Assembly (NCBI GenBank): GCA_963665275.2
Contig: CAXXIN010000004.1
Coordinates: forward strand, 1 to 64,000
Direction of reading: 5' to 3'
Length of the DNA: 64,000 nt
Origin: Negativicutes bacterium
Lineage (GTDB): Bacteria > Bacillota > Negativicutes > UBA1444
A model generated the notes under the pieces. It saw only the letters and a list, made by a program, of their open reading frames with translations, did not search any database and was not told where the DNA came from. This document shows, piece by piece, positions 48,231 to 56,901 of this stretch (positions are counted from its first letter, which is position 1; every line of letters starts with the position of its first letter). A program made the translations under genes and the position numbers.

Positions 48231-49658
48231 TTATTTTGTTACCGATACACCACTAGTTACTGATCCCATCGACACTCCATTGAGGATCGGCTGGACAATC
48301 GTGATATTTTGCACAGCCTTATTGGAAGCTACATAAAACGCCCCCGTCATATTTCCGCTAGTTCTGGTAACGGTTGGATTGTTGAGGTGAACGTTTCCAA
48401 GAACTGTGGAGTCATAGTTATAGATAGCCATCCCTTCGGAATTTCCTGCATTTACAACTGTGGAATTATTGACCGTGGTACTGAATCCACGGTAATCCAC
48501 TCCAACAATTTGCAATCCATTGGTCTTGCTGTTCGTCCAGGTTGAGTTGTTAATTTCAACTTTTCCCGGAATTGCACCCAATCCGCCGGAAACATCCAAT
48601 CCAATATTACTGCCATTATCTTGATGGTTGTTTACCGTAATGCTAATTGGAGTTGTAGTTCCAACAAGAGCACCAAGGCTCAGACTGATTCCCGATCCTA
48701 AGTTTCCAGATGTTACCGCATCCGTAATTACAATATTTTGTAGAACATCCGTGGGATCATTCGGCTCGACATCGATACCCGCTTGCGGAGCCGTCCCGTT
48801 CGTATTCGTCAATTTGGGACGAATAATCGAGATATTCTGACCGGAAATCACGGATATCCCTTGCCGCCGGTTGTTGTCAGCCGAGACATCAACCAACTGA
48901 ATATTAGTGGAGTGTTTCGTACTATCGCCCCATCCGGGACCATCGTCAATGATAAACCCATCACCCCACATATTGTTGGCTGCGGTTCCCGTCACCGTGA
49001 CTTGATCGGAGCCGAGGATAGCTACGCCAAATCCAGATTCGCCACCAGTAGCCTTATGCGTGTAACGGTCTCCTAACAGGATCCCGCTATTCACCTTGAC
49101 GTTGCTGACTCCGCCTAGATTCAATACCGCATAAAGATCCGAAGCGTTAGGAATTACCTGAAGAATAGTTGACGGAGTCATTTGAAGAGTTACATTGTTC
49201 TTCAGCTGAATTGTCTTCAGAGCGTCAATTGCATACGTCCCAGCAGGAATAACGACTGTTCCGCCTGCGGTAGACAACGAATTTATAGCCGCTTGGATAG
49301 CCGCAGTATCATTGGTTGTACCATTACCTGTTGCACCAAAATTTCTGACATCGACAACAGTTCCGGTTGTTGTCGTCGGCGTCGTTGTTGTCGGTGTCGT
49401 TGTTGTCGGTGTCGTTGTTGTTGTTGTCGTCGGTGTCGGTGTCGTTGTTGTTGTTGTCGTCGGTGTGTAACGGGGGGTAAAGTACTTCGACCAAGAATAT
49501 CGACTATAAGCTTCCGCTTTTCCATAACCCGTCAACAGGTTCTGCGGTTGTCCCAACCCAAAAACTCCGGCTGAAAAAAGTGGAATGCTGAGCGCAAGAG
49601 ACAAGCCCAAGATACGTTGTAATCTTGAATGTTTGTGTTTTTTTATACTTATTGTCAA
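48231..49658 (-). CDS. Secreted right-handed parallel beta-helix protein (pectate-lyase-3/GH28-like N-cap) with Thr/Pro linker
   Basis: Signal peptide; VDVRNFGATGNGTTNDTAAIQAAI..GGTVVIPAGTY; WGDG, NNRRQGISV, PQAGIDVEPN. Confidence 0.85.
   Translation of the reverse strand: MTISIKKHKHSRLQRILGLSLALSIPLFSAGVFGLGQPQNLLTGYGKAEAYSRYSWSKYFTPRYTPTTTTTTTPTPTTTTTTTPTTTTPTTTTPTTTTGTVVDVRNFGATGNGTTNDTAAIQAAINSLSTAGGTVVIPAGTYAIDALKTIQLKNNVTLQMTPSTILQVIPNASDLYAVLNLGGVSNVKVNSGILLGDRYTHKATGGESGFGVAILGSDQVTVTGTAANNMWGDGFIIDDGPGWGDSTKHSTNIQLVDVSADNNRRQGISVISGQNISIIRPKLTNTNGTAPQAGIDVEPNDPTDVLQNIVITDAVTSGNLGSGISLSLGALVGTTTPISITVNNHQDNGSNIGLDVSGGLGAIPGKVEINNSTWTNSKTNGLQIVGVDYRGFSTTVNNSTVVNAGNSEGMAIYNYDSTVLGNVHLNNPTVTRTSGNMTGAFYVASNKAVQNITIVQPILNGVSMGSVTSGVSVTK
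49365..49466 (-). repeat. Low-complexity ACA/ACG/CCG codon repeat encoding TPTTTTTTTPTPTTTTTTTPTTTTPTTTTPTTTT
   Basis: Tandem GTTGTTGTCGGTGTC-type units on the plus strand. Confidence 0.9.
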
Positions 49659-50212
49659 CTAATTATACCCTCTTTCTTTTTTTGTTTTTCCTACATTCTT
49701 CCTAAAACAAAATTATTCTTCCTGTTTTTTTGTTTTTTCTCGATCTCCCTCCCTTTTCATTTTAGTCCCATTGTCAAAATAGTTGTCGGCGAAACATGAA
49801 AAAAAGTTAAGCTCATAAATTTTAGATAATAGTGTGATTAATGCCATTTTTGGTGCAATGTGACAACAACTTGACGATTACTTCAAAAATTTCGTCATTA
49901 TTCGGGACCAGTGTATAGCTTGCCTTAATTATAGACTATTGTCAATGGAAATTACCTGATGCTTACAGCTCATATTTCCACAAGACTTTAGTCCTTTCTT
50001 TTATTGGGACCATTAAAAAAACACAAAAATAAATTCGCAACAAAACTGTCACGAATTTATTTTAACCCCATACACGAAATGAAACAACCTATTAAAAATT
50101 GTATAATTATCCTTTATCTTCTATTATTCCCATCTAGAAAAAGACGGATTGCGCATCATTTTGTCGACAAGTATTTTCCCAAATGAGGTTCCTACGCTAA
50201 AGCGCCTATTGA

Positions 50213-51283
50213 TCAAACACTAATTAATTGAGGCAATTTAATCCTATTCTCTAATTCCTCCAAAGCACTCTTATCACATGTCAACCCCTTGTACCATTTG
50301 ATGTACTCGACGAAACCTTTTTCCAGCGGATATTTCGGATTATAGCCGATAAGTTCTTTAGCCTTATCGACTGATAGTGTGCCACGAGCTGGCATCAGTT
50401 CATCCCGTGGATTTTTTTTCATAATTACTCCAGGAAAATGTTCTTTCAAAATTTCCACCATCTGGGCTACCGTCCGTGCCTCGCCATAAGTCAAATTAAA
50501 TATTTGATTGAGAGCTTTCTCATTTTCCAGCACATTCATCAATCCAGAAACTAAATCGTCGATGTACGTGAAGTCCAAACGATCAGATCCATCACCATTA
50601 ATCGACACTTCCAAGCCTTGAATCGCATTTTCAATCAGCGCCTGCCCTACCCGACGACTTACACAACGCGGTCCATAAAGAGCCGAGGGCCGAACAATCG
50701 TGTATGGCAATTTGAAAACCTGATTATAAGCTATAACGTACTTTTCACCACCAAATTTCAAAGATCCATAAATCCCGAGAGGTTCACATTGAGTTTCCTC
50801 TGTCACTACTGCGGTTTTGAAATTTCCATACACCATACTAGATGACAGATAAACAAAATGCTGCAATTTAAGCACGCGCGCGATCTCCAAAGCATTCGCC
50901 AACGTCCGGAAGCTATGATCAAAAGTAGCATACGGGTCCTTATTGGAACGATTGGCATGGGCTACCGCAGCCATTTGAACAATGGAATCCACCTCTAGAT
51001 TCGCGATGATATTGTATAAACTATCATAGTCACGCGCATCAGCAACAGTCAAGGAGATCTCTTTTTCTCTCATGAGATTAAGGCGTTGTTCGATCATATC
51101 CACACAAAGTTGCGCATTAGGGAGTGAGTCCATATTTTTTTTGATACTGTATAAATTATTAACAGACAAACTATCGACGACCAAAGGTTCGGCGCCCACT
51201 TCTTTGAGCCGTAAGGCCAAATGATGTCCAATGAAGCCAGCTCCCCCTATTATTGCGATTCTACGCCCTTTAAACTCTTTCAT
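50213..51283 (-). CDS. NAD-dependent nucleotide-sugar epimerase/dehydratase (extended SDR)
   Basis: GGAGFIG, SSSMVYG, YGSLK (YxxxK), RPSALYGP, DFTYIDD. Confidence 0.92.
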   Translation of the reverse strand: MKEFKGRRIAIIGGAGFIGHHLALRLKEVGAEPLVVDSLSVNNLYSIKKNMDSLPNAQLCVDMIEQRLNLMREKEISLTVADARDYDSLYNIIANLEVDSIVQMAAVAHANRSNKDPYATFDHSFRTLANALEIARVLKLQHFVYLSSSMVYGNFKTAVVTEETQCEPLGIYGSLKFGGEKYVIAYNQVFKLPYTIVRPSALYGPRCVSRRVGQALIENAIQGLEVSINGDGSDRLDFTYIDDLVSGLMNVLENEKALNQIFNLTYGEARTVAQMVEILKEHFPGVIMKKNPRDELMPARGTLSVDKAKELIGYNPKYPLEKGFVEYIKWYKGLTCDKSALEELENRIKLPQLISV

Positions 51284-51441
51284 TCATCTTCACCTCTTAA
51301 ATTTATTGAACTTTTACACACTAATCCGACCATTCGGCGTAACAAGCGGTCCCCTTCGGATAAAATCGGCTCAAATGGCGGGCCTCCACAGCGAAGAATA
51401 TTCGTTGGGAATTGCAGTGGAGAAATGTGGCAAGATACCAT
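51280..51441 (-). CDS. Possible 53-aa ORF translationally coupled to the epimerase
   Basis: AAGGGGG RBS, ATG at 51441; its TGA overlaps the epimerase ATG (ATGA). Confidence 0.35.
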   Translation of the reverse strand: MVSCHISPLQFPTNILRCGGPPFEPILSEGDRLLRRMVGLVCKSSINLRGEDE

Positions 51442-51536
51442 CTTAAATTTCCCCCTTCGTTTTTGTGAAATAGTTCTGGTCAGGCTTGATTATGGAATGC
51501 CATGACGAGGCTGGGCGCTGGACTCAATTCGACCAA

Positions 51537-52193
51537 TCACTTACGAGAGCTCTGCCTTATGCCCAAATTTCGCTCGCCACCGACCCTTCCAACATATTCC
51601 TGAATTTTTTTGTACCAGGGCATCCCCCAATTATCCATAATCTTGACATTGATACTTTTCCTTATGGTCAACCAAAGGATGCATAAATCAAGTTTTAAGC
51701 TTTTATTATCGACGTACCATACGTCAAGCCGTTCATTTTCGGCCCTGGATAGGCCAATGCTGTCATTGATCTGCGCCCAGCCCGTAATGCCTGGTTTGAC
51801 ATGAAAACGACGAACCTGCTCAATATCGCAATTCACAAGATATTCACGCGTACTCAGGGTGGGACCAACAAAGCTCATTTCACCAAACAGAATATTTAGC
51901 AATTGGGGTAATTTATGCAACTTTGAGCGCTGTAAAAAGCTAACCAGTTGTTCAACCTTGTTCGAATTTGGCAGCAATTTCAAGGATATCTCGCCTTTAT
52001 CGTGATGTGTACGAAACTCATAAAGATAAAAGAGTCTTCCTTGACGCCCTGGACTTAGAGATTTCGAAACTATCGGGAATCCAAAATGACACCCAATGAT
52101 GATGGACAAGATTAAAAAGACTGGAGCCAGTGCTAACAAGAAAAGGGTTGCCATCATCAAATCCATGGCTCGTTTCATGAGTTTCACCCCCAC
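51537..52193 (-). CDS. Monotopic phosphoglycosyl transferase homolog (Bac_transf) with degenerate active site
   Basis: KRAMD, KPGITGWAQIN and LDVWYVDN are retained, but KFRT is EFRT, LDELPQ is LHKLPQ and GPRP is GPTL. Confidence 0.85.
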   Translation of the reverse strand: MGVKLMKRAMDLMMATLFLLALAPVFLILSIIIGCHFGFPIVSKSLSPGRQGRLFYLYEFRTHHDKGEISLKLLPNSNKVEQLVSFLQRSKLHKLPQLLNILFGEMSFVGPTLSTREYLVNCDIEQVRRFHVKPGITGWAQINDSIGLSRAENERLDVWYVDNKSLKLDLCILWLTIRKSINVKIMDNWGMPWYKKIQEYVGRVGGERNLGIRQSSRK

Positions 52194-52452
52194 CCTTCCT
52201 TATTTGCCTGCACCACCTATTAATGCAAACACGAATTAACCAGTCCTTAGCGAAGTTTTATAGGTTCTCAAAAAAACCATTTCCTTTACTTTGATTGTAA
52301 TCAAGTTGTTTCCAGCTGTCATTATTGATTTGTATAATAATAACCCCAAAACAAACTGCAAATATTGTCAATTGTAATGAGTTTTATTAATTCAAAACAA
52401 CGTGGCTAATATCGCGATCTAAAAGGTTTGTTGAATACAACCAATCCATCTA

Positions 52453-54057
52453 TCAGAATAATAAAGTCATTTCAAAATGAATTCGGGTGTCATGGTCAGG
52501 GGTTGTTGCAGCACCTTTTATGACATAGGCATAGTCAGCGTTAACGGTTAGCCACCGGGTAATCGTCCAGCGAATTCCTATGCCAGTACTGGAAATTGTT
52601 GCTGGACCTAAGAGTTCTCCACCGTTGAATGGATAATCATAGCCCCAGATTTGCCCGATATCAAAAAACGCAAGCAGTCTAATTCCATGGCCCAATGGAG
52701 GGGTATACATTTCGAAGCTGGCACTAAAGCCCTTGTCACCAGTCAATTCACGTTCCTCAAACCCGCGGACTGAACGAACTCCTCCCAACCCAAATTGCTC
52801 GTCCGGTATGAGTGATTGTGTCGTGTACTGAGCATCATACCGATTGTTGAAAATCCAGCCATTCTTGAATCTATGCATATAAGTGAGATTGCCGCGCCAA
52901 AGGGCATAATCGGAAGACGCCCCCGGCCAAACTATGCCGTAAATAAAGTCATTATTTAAATATCCACCTGGAATGTTTCGCACGTACGAAATGTTGGAAG
53001 AAACAGTATCCGTCTTTCCCTGCCAAGTATATTGACCAGATATGAAAAAAGGAAACGAATTAATATCCGGATATAGTTTAACTCCGGCAAAATTGGTATT
53101 ATCGATGGAATTACGATAATCAAGGCCAACGTCAAGCGCGAGTTTCGTACTCAAAGACCGATAAAGTGGCTGAATGTAATGCATACTGTAAAAATGCCCC
53201 GCACCGGCCATATTGAAATCGCCATATCCCGATTGCGACATGCCGGTTTCGTTGTTGGAATATGCTACCAGTAATTGCAGACTATTTCCTTGGCTCGACA
53301 AGGGTTGATTGTAATAGGCAAGATACTGCCGGATACTATTGCTGGGAGATCGGGAGAATATAAAAGTCCCCGTTGCATCCCGCCGATCACCAAGGCCGGC
53401 ATCGGTAAATCGATAGTTGATTCTAAGAGGGTCTTGGTAGCGGTTTCCCGTATTATCCAATGAAAGCGACTGAGTAATGATTTTGTCCTCACTTACATTA
53501 ACAAGCGCGTCAAATATACCGACATCTATGGTTTGTAAGGAAACTGTAATAACCCGTGACGGGTTATCGTTGGCAACCAGTATTTGCCTGTCCAATTTTT
53601 TCGTATTGATTGCTTTTCCTGTTTTCAATGCCGGCAACGCCTGTCGGATGTGCGCTTCATGCAAATATTTATTGCCTTTGATTGTAATATTACGCAGAAC
53701 ATCCTCTTTCACAATGACGCTCAACCGTCCTGTACTGTCTGGAAGTTTGAGAATTAACACACTGACCAAGGTATATCCGGCCTTTTTGTATACCAAAAAT
53801 ACCGCATTCTGAATTTTCTCCAGGTCCTTGACGGTTTTATTACTGCCCAAAAATGCTTTAGTCGCCTTTTGCAATACGCTTTCTGCAAATAAATGATTTC
53901 CCTGAAATTCAATTTCTGAAACAGTAAATTTTTCCTCTGCTGCGGATACCACCGTCAGGAAGGGAGCAAAATTTTGCAAGCAAATCATCGATAAAAGGCA
54001 AAAAATCCGAAACACTGCCAGGGCCCTTGACCTGATACGAAAGTTTGACCGTCTCAT
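52453..54057 (-). CDS. ShlB/FhaC/HecB (TpsB) two-partner secretion outer-membrane transporter
   Basis: Signal peptide; two POTRA-like units (IEFQGN..YKKAGY; ITIKGN); LDNTG; GGVRSVRGF loop-6 motif; FFDIG; C-terminal Phe. Confidence 0.85.
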   Translation of the reverse strand: MRRSNFRIRSRALAVFRIFCLLSMICLQNFAPFLTVVSAAEEKFTVSEIEFQGNHLFAESVLQKATKAFLGSNKTVKDLEKIQNAVFLVYKKAGYTLVSVLILKLPDSTGRLSVIVKEDVLRNITIKGNKYLHEAHIRQALPALKTGKAINTKKLDRQILVANDNPSRVITVSLQTIDVGIFDALVNVSEDKIITQSLSLDNTGNRYQDPLRINYRFTDAGLGDRRDATGTFIFSRSPSNSIRQYLAYYNQPLSSQGNSLQLLVAYSNNETGMSQSGYGDFNMAGAGHFYSMHYIQPLYRSLSTKLALDVGLDYRNSIDNTNFAGVKLYPDINSFPFFISGQYTWQGKTDTVSSNISYVRNIPGGYLNNDFIYGIVWPGASSDYALWRGNLTYMHRFKNGWIFNNRYDAQYTTQSLIPDEQFGLGGVRSVRGFEERELTGDKGFSASFEMYTPPLGHGIRLLAFFDIGQIWGYDYPFNGGELLGPATISSTGIGIRWTITRWLTVNADYAYVIKGAATTPDHDTRIHFEMTLLF

Positions 54058-54117
54058 TCGGTCTCACTCCTCTCTTGAATACGGATTTCTTGACGGGGTT
54101 ATTGGGATAGCGCGTAC

Positions 54118-55281
54118 TTAAGTCAGTTGAGATAGCTCAACTTGCTCACCTTTATAAATGCGTTGTAAGTCATGCCAATTTTTAACTATATTGAAAGAGG
54201 TTGCGCCGATTTTTCTGTTCGTATCCATCCAACACAGACCCTGGCTTTTTTCATAAGCCTGAATGCATTGTTGAGCCCATATTTCAGGCGGATCAGAGAG
54301 GGACATCCAATGGAACAATTCGGCAACAATTTCAGTTTCCTTCGGCACGGAGTCGGCAATCACAATGGGCAGGCCTGCAGCCTGCGCCTCAATCACAACG
54401 AGTCCCAATCCTTCAAATATTGAGGGAAATAGAAAAATATCCATTATGCCAAGTAAGCGAGGTACATCCGGGCGAGTGCCTGTAAAGATGATATTTCTAT
54501 CAATTCCCAGTTGCTTCGCTTGCGTCCGAATTGCGTCTTGCAGCATTCCTTCGCCGACGAGGATCAGTCGTCCGTCAGGTTTTCGCTTAAAGACTTCATG
54601 CGCAACATTTAATATAAAGTGGTGGTTTTTGGCCAAGTGAAAATTTCCCACATGCCCCAAGACAATTGATTTTTCCGCAATGTTCCACTCTCTCCGAAGC
54701 GAGGGTTTATTGATGCTTTGTGAAAATTCGGATAGATCGATTCCACAGTGACTGATCCGCCAGGAAAGTTTTCGTTTCTCGCCTATTGTTAGTGCGGTTT
54801 TCGCCTCATTACTGGCCGCCAAGCCAATAGTCGCGAACCGGTCAATAAGATTTTTCATAATTTTTAGGTAAATTTTGCGTGAAAAGGATGCTTGGGAATC
54901 AACCAAAAGTGAATCGCAATGACTATGGGCAATGCGAACAGGGATCCCCAAGAACCAGGCAACCAGCAACAACGCCCCGCTAAAATGATGAACATGACTG
55001 TGGATTACGTCATACGGTCCATTCATTTTCAAAGTTTTCAACAAACGAAATGAGTATAACAAGGGATTGCGCACTAGCGGACAGTAAAGTATTTTCGACC
55101 CCCGCTGTTTAATCTCATCGTCAAACGAAGCATGCACGGGATCGCCCACTAAGAAGTCCATCTGCCACGACTCTCGATCCATAATTCGCAACAAACGCAT
55201 TAACCACGTTTCTACTCCACCACGATTCATTCTTCCGACCACGTGAAGAACCTTCACCGGGCGCGCTTGATTTTTCAGCAT
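54118..55281 (-). CDS. GT4 glycosyltransferase (EpsF/CapH-like)
   Basis: MNRGGVETWLM, RIAHSH, KNHHFIL, FPSIFEGLGLVVIEAQAAGLP. Confidence 0.9.
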   Translation of the reverse strand: MLKNQARPVKVLHVVGRMNRGGVETWLMRLLRIMDRESWQMDFLVGDPVHASFDDEIKQRGSKILYCPLVRNPLLYSFRLLKTLKMNGPYDVIHSHVHHFSGALLLVAWFLGIPVRIAHSHCDSLLVDSQASFSRKIYLKIMKNLIDRFATIGLAASNEAKTALTIGEKRKLSWRISHCGIDLSEFSQSINKPSLRREWNIAEKSIVLGHVGNFHLAKNHHFILNVAHEVFKRKPDGRLILVGEGMLQDAIRTQAKQLGIDRNIIFTGTRPDVPRLLGIMDIFLFPSIFEGLGLVVIEAQAAGLPIVIADSVPKETEIVAELFHWMSLSDPPEIWAQQCIQAYEKSQGLCWMDTNRKIGATSFNIVKNWHDLQRIYKGEQVELSQLT

Positions 55282-55375
55282 CTTGTCCTCCCGTTTTATG
55301 TAAAAACCAAGTGAAGTATGATATTATTATTAAAAATGTTCTTCTGAATTTTAATGAAAAGAAGGTAGAGGAAAA

Positions 55376-55663
55376 GTGAAGTCACCCCTGCCAATCCAGC
55401 TTATTATCAAGGACAACCCTGATGTGTTTAATACCGTTCAGGCATTCAACCTTACTATGACCGGCATCGACTTGCAGACCGATCTCCCACTTCACTTGGA
55501 ACAGCAATTAGGACTTGAGATTGGAACCCCTTCTGGCAAACTTCGCTTGTCAGCGAAAGCGATATGGAATCGCGAAAATCAGTATGGGTGTCAATTTGTC
55601 GATATGACTCCTGCCGTCGCGGGATTGCTGTCCCATTGGTTATTTCCGCCTTTTGAGCCATAA
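55376..55663 (+). CDS. Degenerate PilZ-domain protein
   Basis: NLTMTG (D/NxSxxG-like), AKAIW, YGCQFVDM and a C-terminal helix; no N-terminal RxxxR; GAGG RBS before GTG. Confidence 0.6.
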   Translation: MKSPLPIQLIIKDNPDVFNTVQAFNLTMTGIDLQTDLPLHLEQQLGLEIGTPSGKLRLSAKAIWNRENQYGCQFVDMTPAVAGLLSHWLFPPFEP

Positions 55664-56838
55664 TAAGGGCTGCAATGCCTTCGTTCATGCTGCCGCAAAC
55701 TGTCTTTTATGACACCCAATACTCTATCCTGTTCTGCTTCCGTCATATTAGTCCCGGACGGCAGACAAACTCCGTGTTCAAATAGGCGATCAGAAACGCT
55801 CTCACCTACTCTGTGCGAATAATATGGATAGGCTCCAAAAATCGGTTGTAAATGGAGCGGTTTCCATACGGGACGCGATTCAATGTCATCCTCCGCTAAC
55901 GCATCCATTAATTCATTCGCTGTAATATTCGCCCGCTCCGGATCAACGGTCAGCGTTGTCAACCATCTGTTAGATTGCCCGTATGATGCCTCTGGCATGA
56001 AATCAATGCCGCAATAATTGGATAGCTCTGAATGATAGCGCTCAAATATTTGGCGCTTTTTATTTATGCGTTCATCGATGACACACATTTGCCCGCGTCC
56101 GATTGCTGCAGCAATATTGCTCAAGCGGTAATTATACCCAATCTCGCTGTGTTGGTAGTGTCTGGCAGGGTCACGCGCCTGAGTCGCCCAATAACGCACT
56201 TTCTGCAAAGCCTCCAAATCATCCGACACCAGCATGCCACCGCCCGAGGTTGTAATAATCTTATTTCCGTTGAATGAAAACATCCCGTATTTTCCGCAGG
56301 TCCCGCTTGCTTTTCCTTTATATCTTGCTCCAAGAGATTCAGCAGCATCTTCGATCACCACTGCGCCATAAGAGGCACAGATTGTGAGAAGTGAATCCAT
56401 GTCAGCGCTTTGGCCATATAAATTAACGATGATCACAGCCTTTGGGATTCGTGATTCTCGACTGGCGGCGGCAAAAGCTCGTGCCAAAGCATCTGGTGAC
56501 ATGTTCCAGGATTCAGGTTCCGAGTCAATGAAAACTGGCTTGGCGCCTTCGTATAAAATCGGATTGGCGGAAGCAGCAAACGTTAGTGATGAGCAAAAAA
56601 CCCAATCGTTTCGTTGGATACCCGCGCATTTCAATGCAAGATGAAGGGCAGCTGTTCCGGAAGACAGGGCTGCAGCTCCTTTAGCTCCGACATATTTGGC
56701 GATTGTGTCTTCCAGTGCATCTACATGGGGTCCCAACGGTGCGATCCAGTTCGATGCAAAGGCATCAGCGACATATTCCTGCTCCAAACCGCTCATGTGG
56801 GGTGGCGATAGGCAAATATGTTTTCTTGCATTGGCCAT
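55591..56838 (-). CDS. DegT/DnrJ/EryC1/StrS PLP sugar aminotransferase (PglE/EpsN-like)
   Basis: LSPPHM, NWIAPLGP, SSGTAALHLAL, EDAAESLG, SFNGNKIITTSGGG, GYNYRLSN, RPVWKPLH, CLPSG. Confidence 0.94.
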   Translation of the reverse strand: MANARKHICLSPPHMSGLEQEYVADAFASNWIAPLGPHVDALEDTIAKYVGAKGAAALSSGTAALHLALKCAGIQRNDWVFCSSLTFAASANPILYEGAKPVFIDSEPESWNMSPDALARAFAAASRESRIPKAVIIVNLYGQSADMDSLLTICASYGAVVIEDAAESLGARYKGKASGTCGKYGMFSFNGNKIITTSGGGMLVSDDLEALQKVRYWATQARDPARHYQHSEIGYNYRLSNIAAAIGRGQMCVIDERINKKRQIFERYHSELSNYCGIDFMPEASYGQSNRWLTTLTVDPERANITANELMDALAEDDIESRPVWKPLHLQPIFGAYPYYSHRVGESVSDRLFEHGVCLPSGTNMTEAEQDRVLGVIKDSLRQHERRHCSPYYGSKGGNNQWDSNPATAGVISTN

Positions 56839-56901
56839 TCTAATCATCTCCCACAATAAATTACTTCACACGTTCTGCAATACAGCCGATACGTTTCATG
56901 A

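Noticed and set aside
49365-49466. CRISPR-like repeat array
   Set aside because: Short codon-level tandem repeats inside a CDS, with no unique spacers and no cas genes.
49660-50210. c-di-GMP riboswitch or antitermination leader upstream of the beta-helix gene
   Set aside because: No GEMM motif (GGCAAA..GAAA..GACGCAAAGC) or convincing hairpin was found; only AT-rich sequence with scattered TTGTC words.
55354-55375. TAG read-through (pyrrolysine) restoring the PilZ RxxxR motif (ATG AAA AGA AGG TAG AGG)
   Set aside because: This short frame is not in frame with the PilZ ORF at 55376, so read-through alone would not join them.
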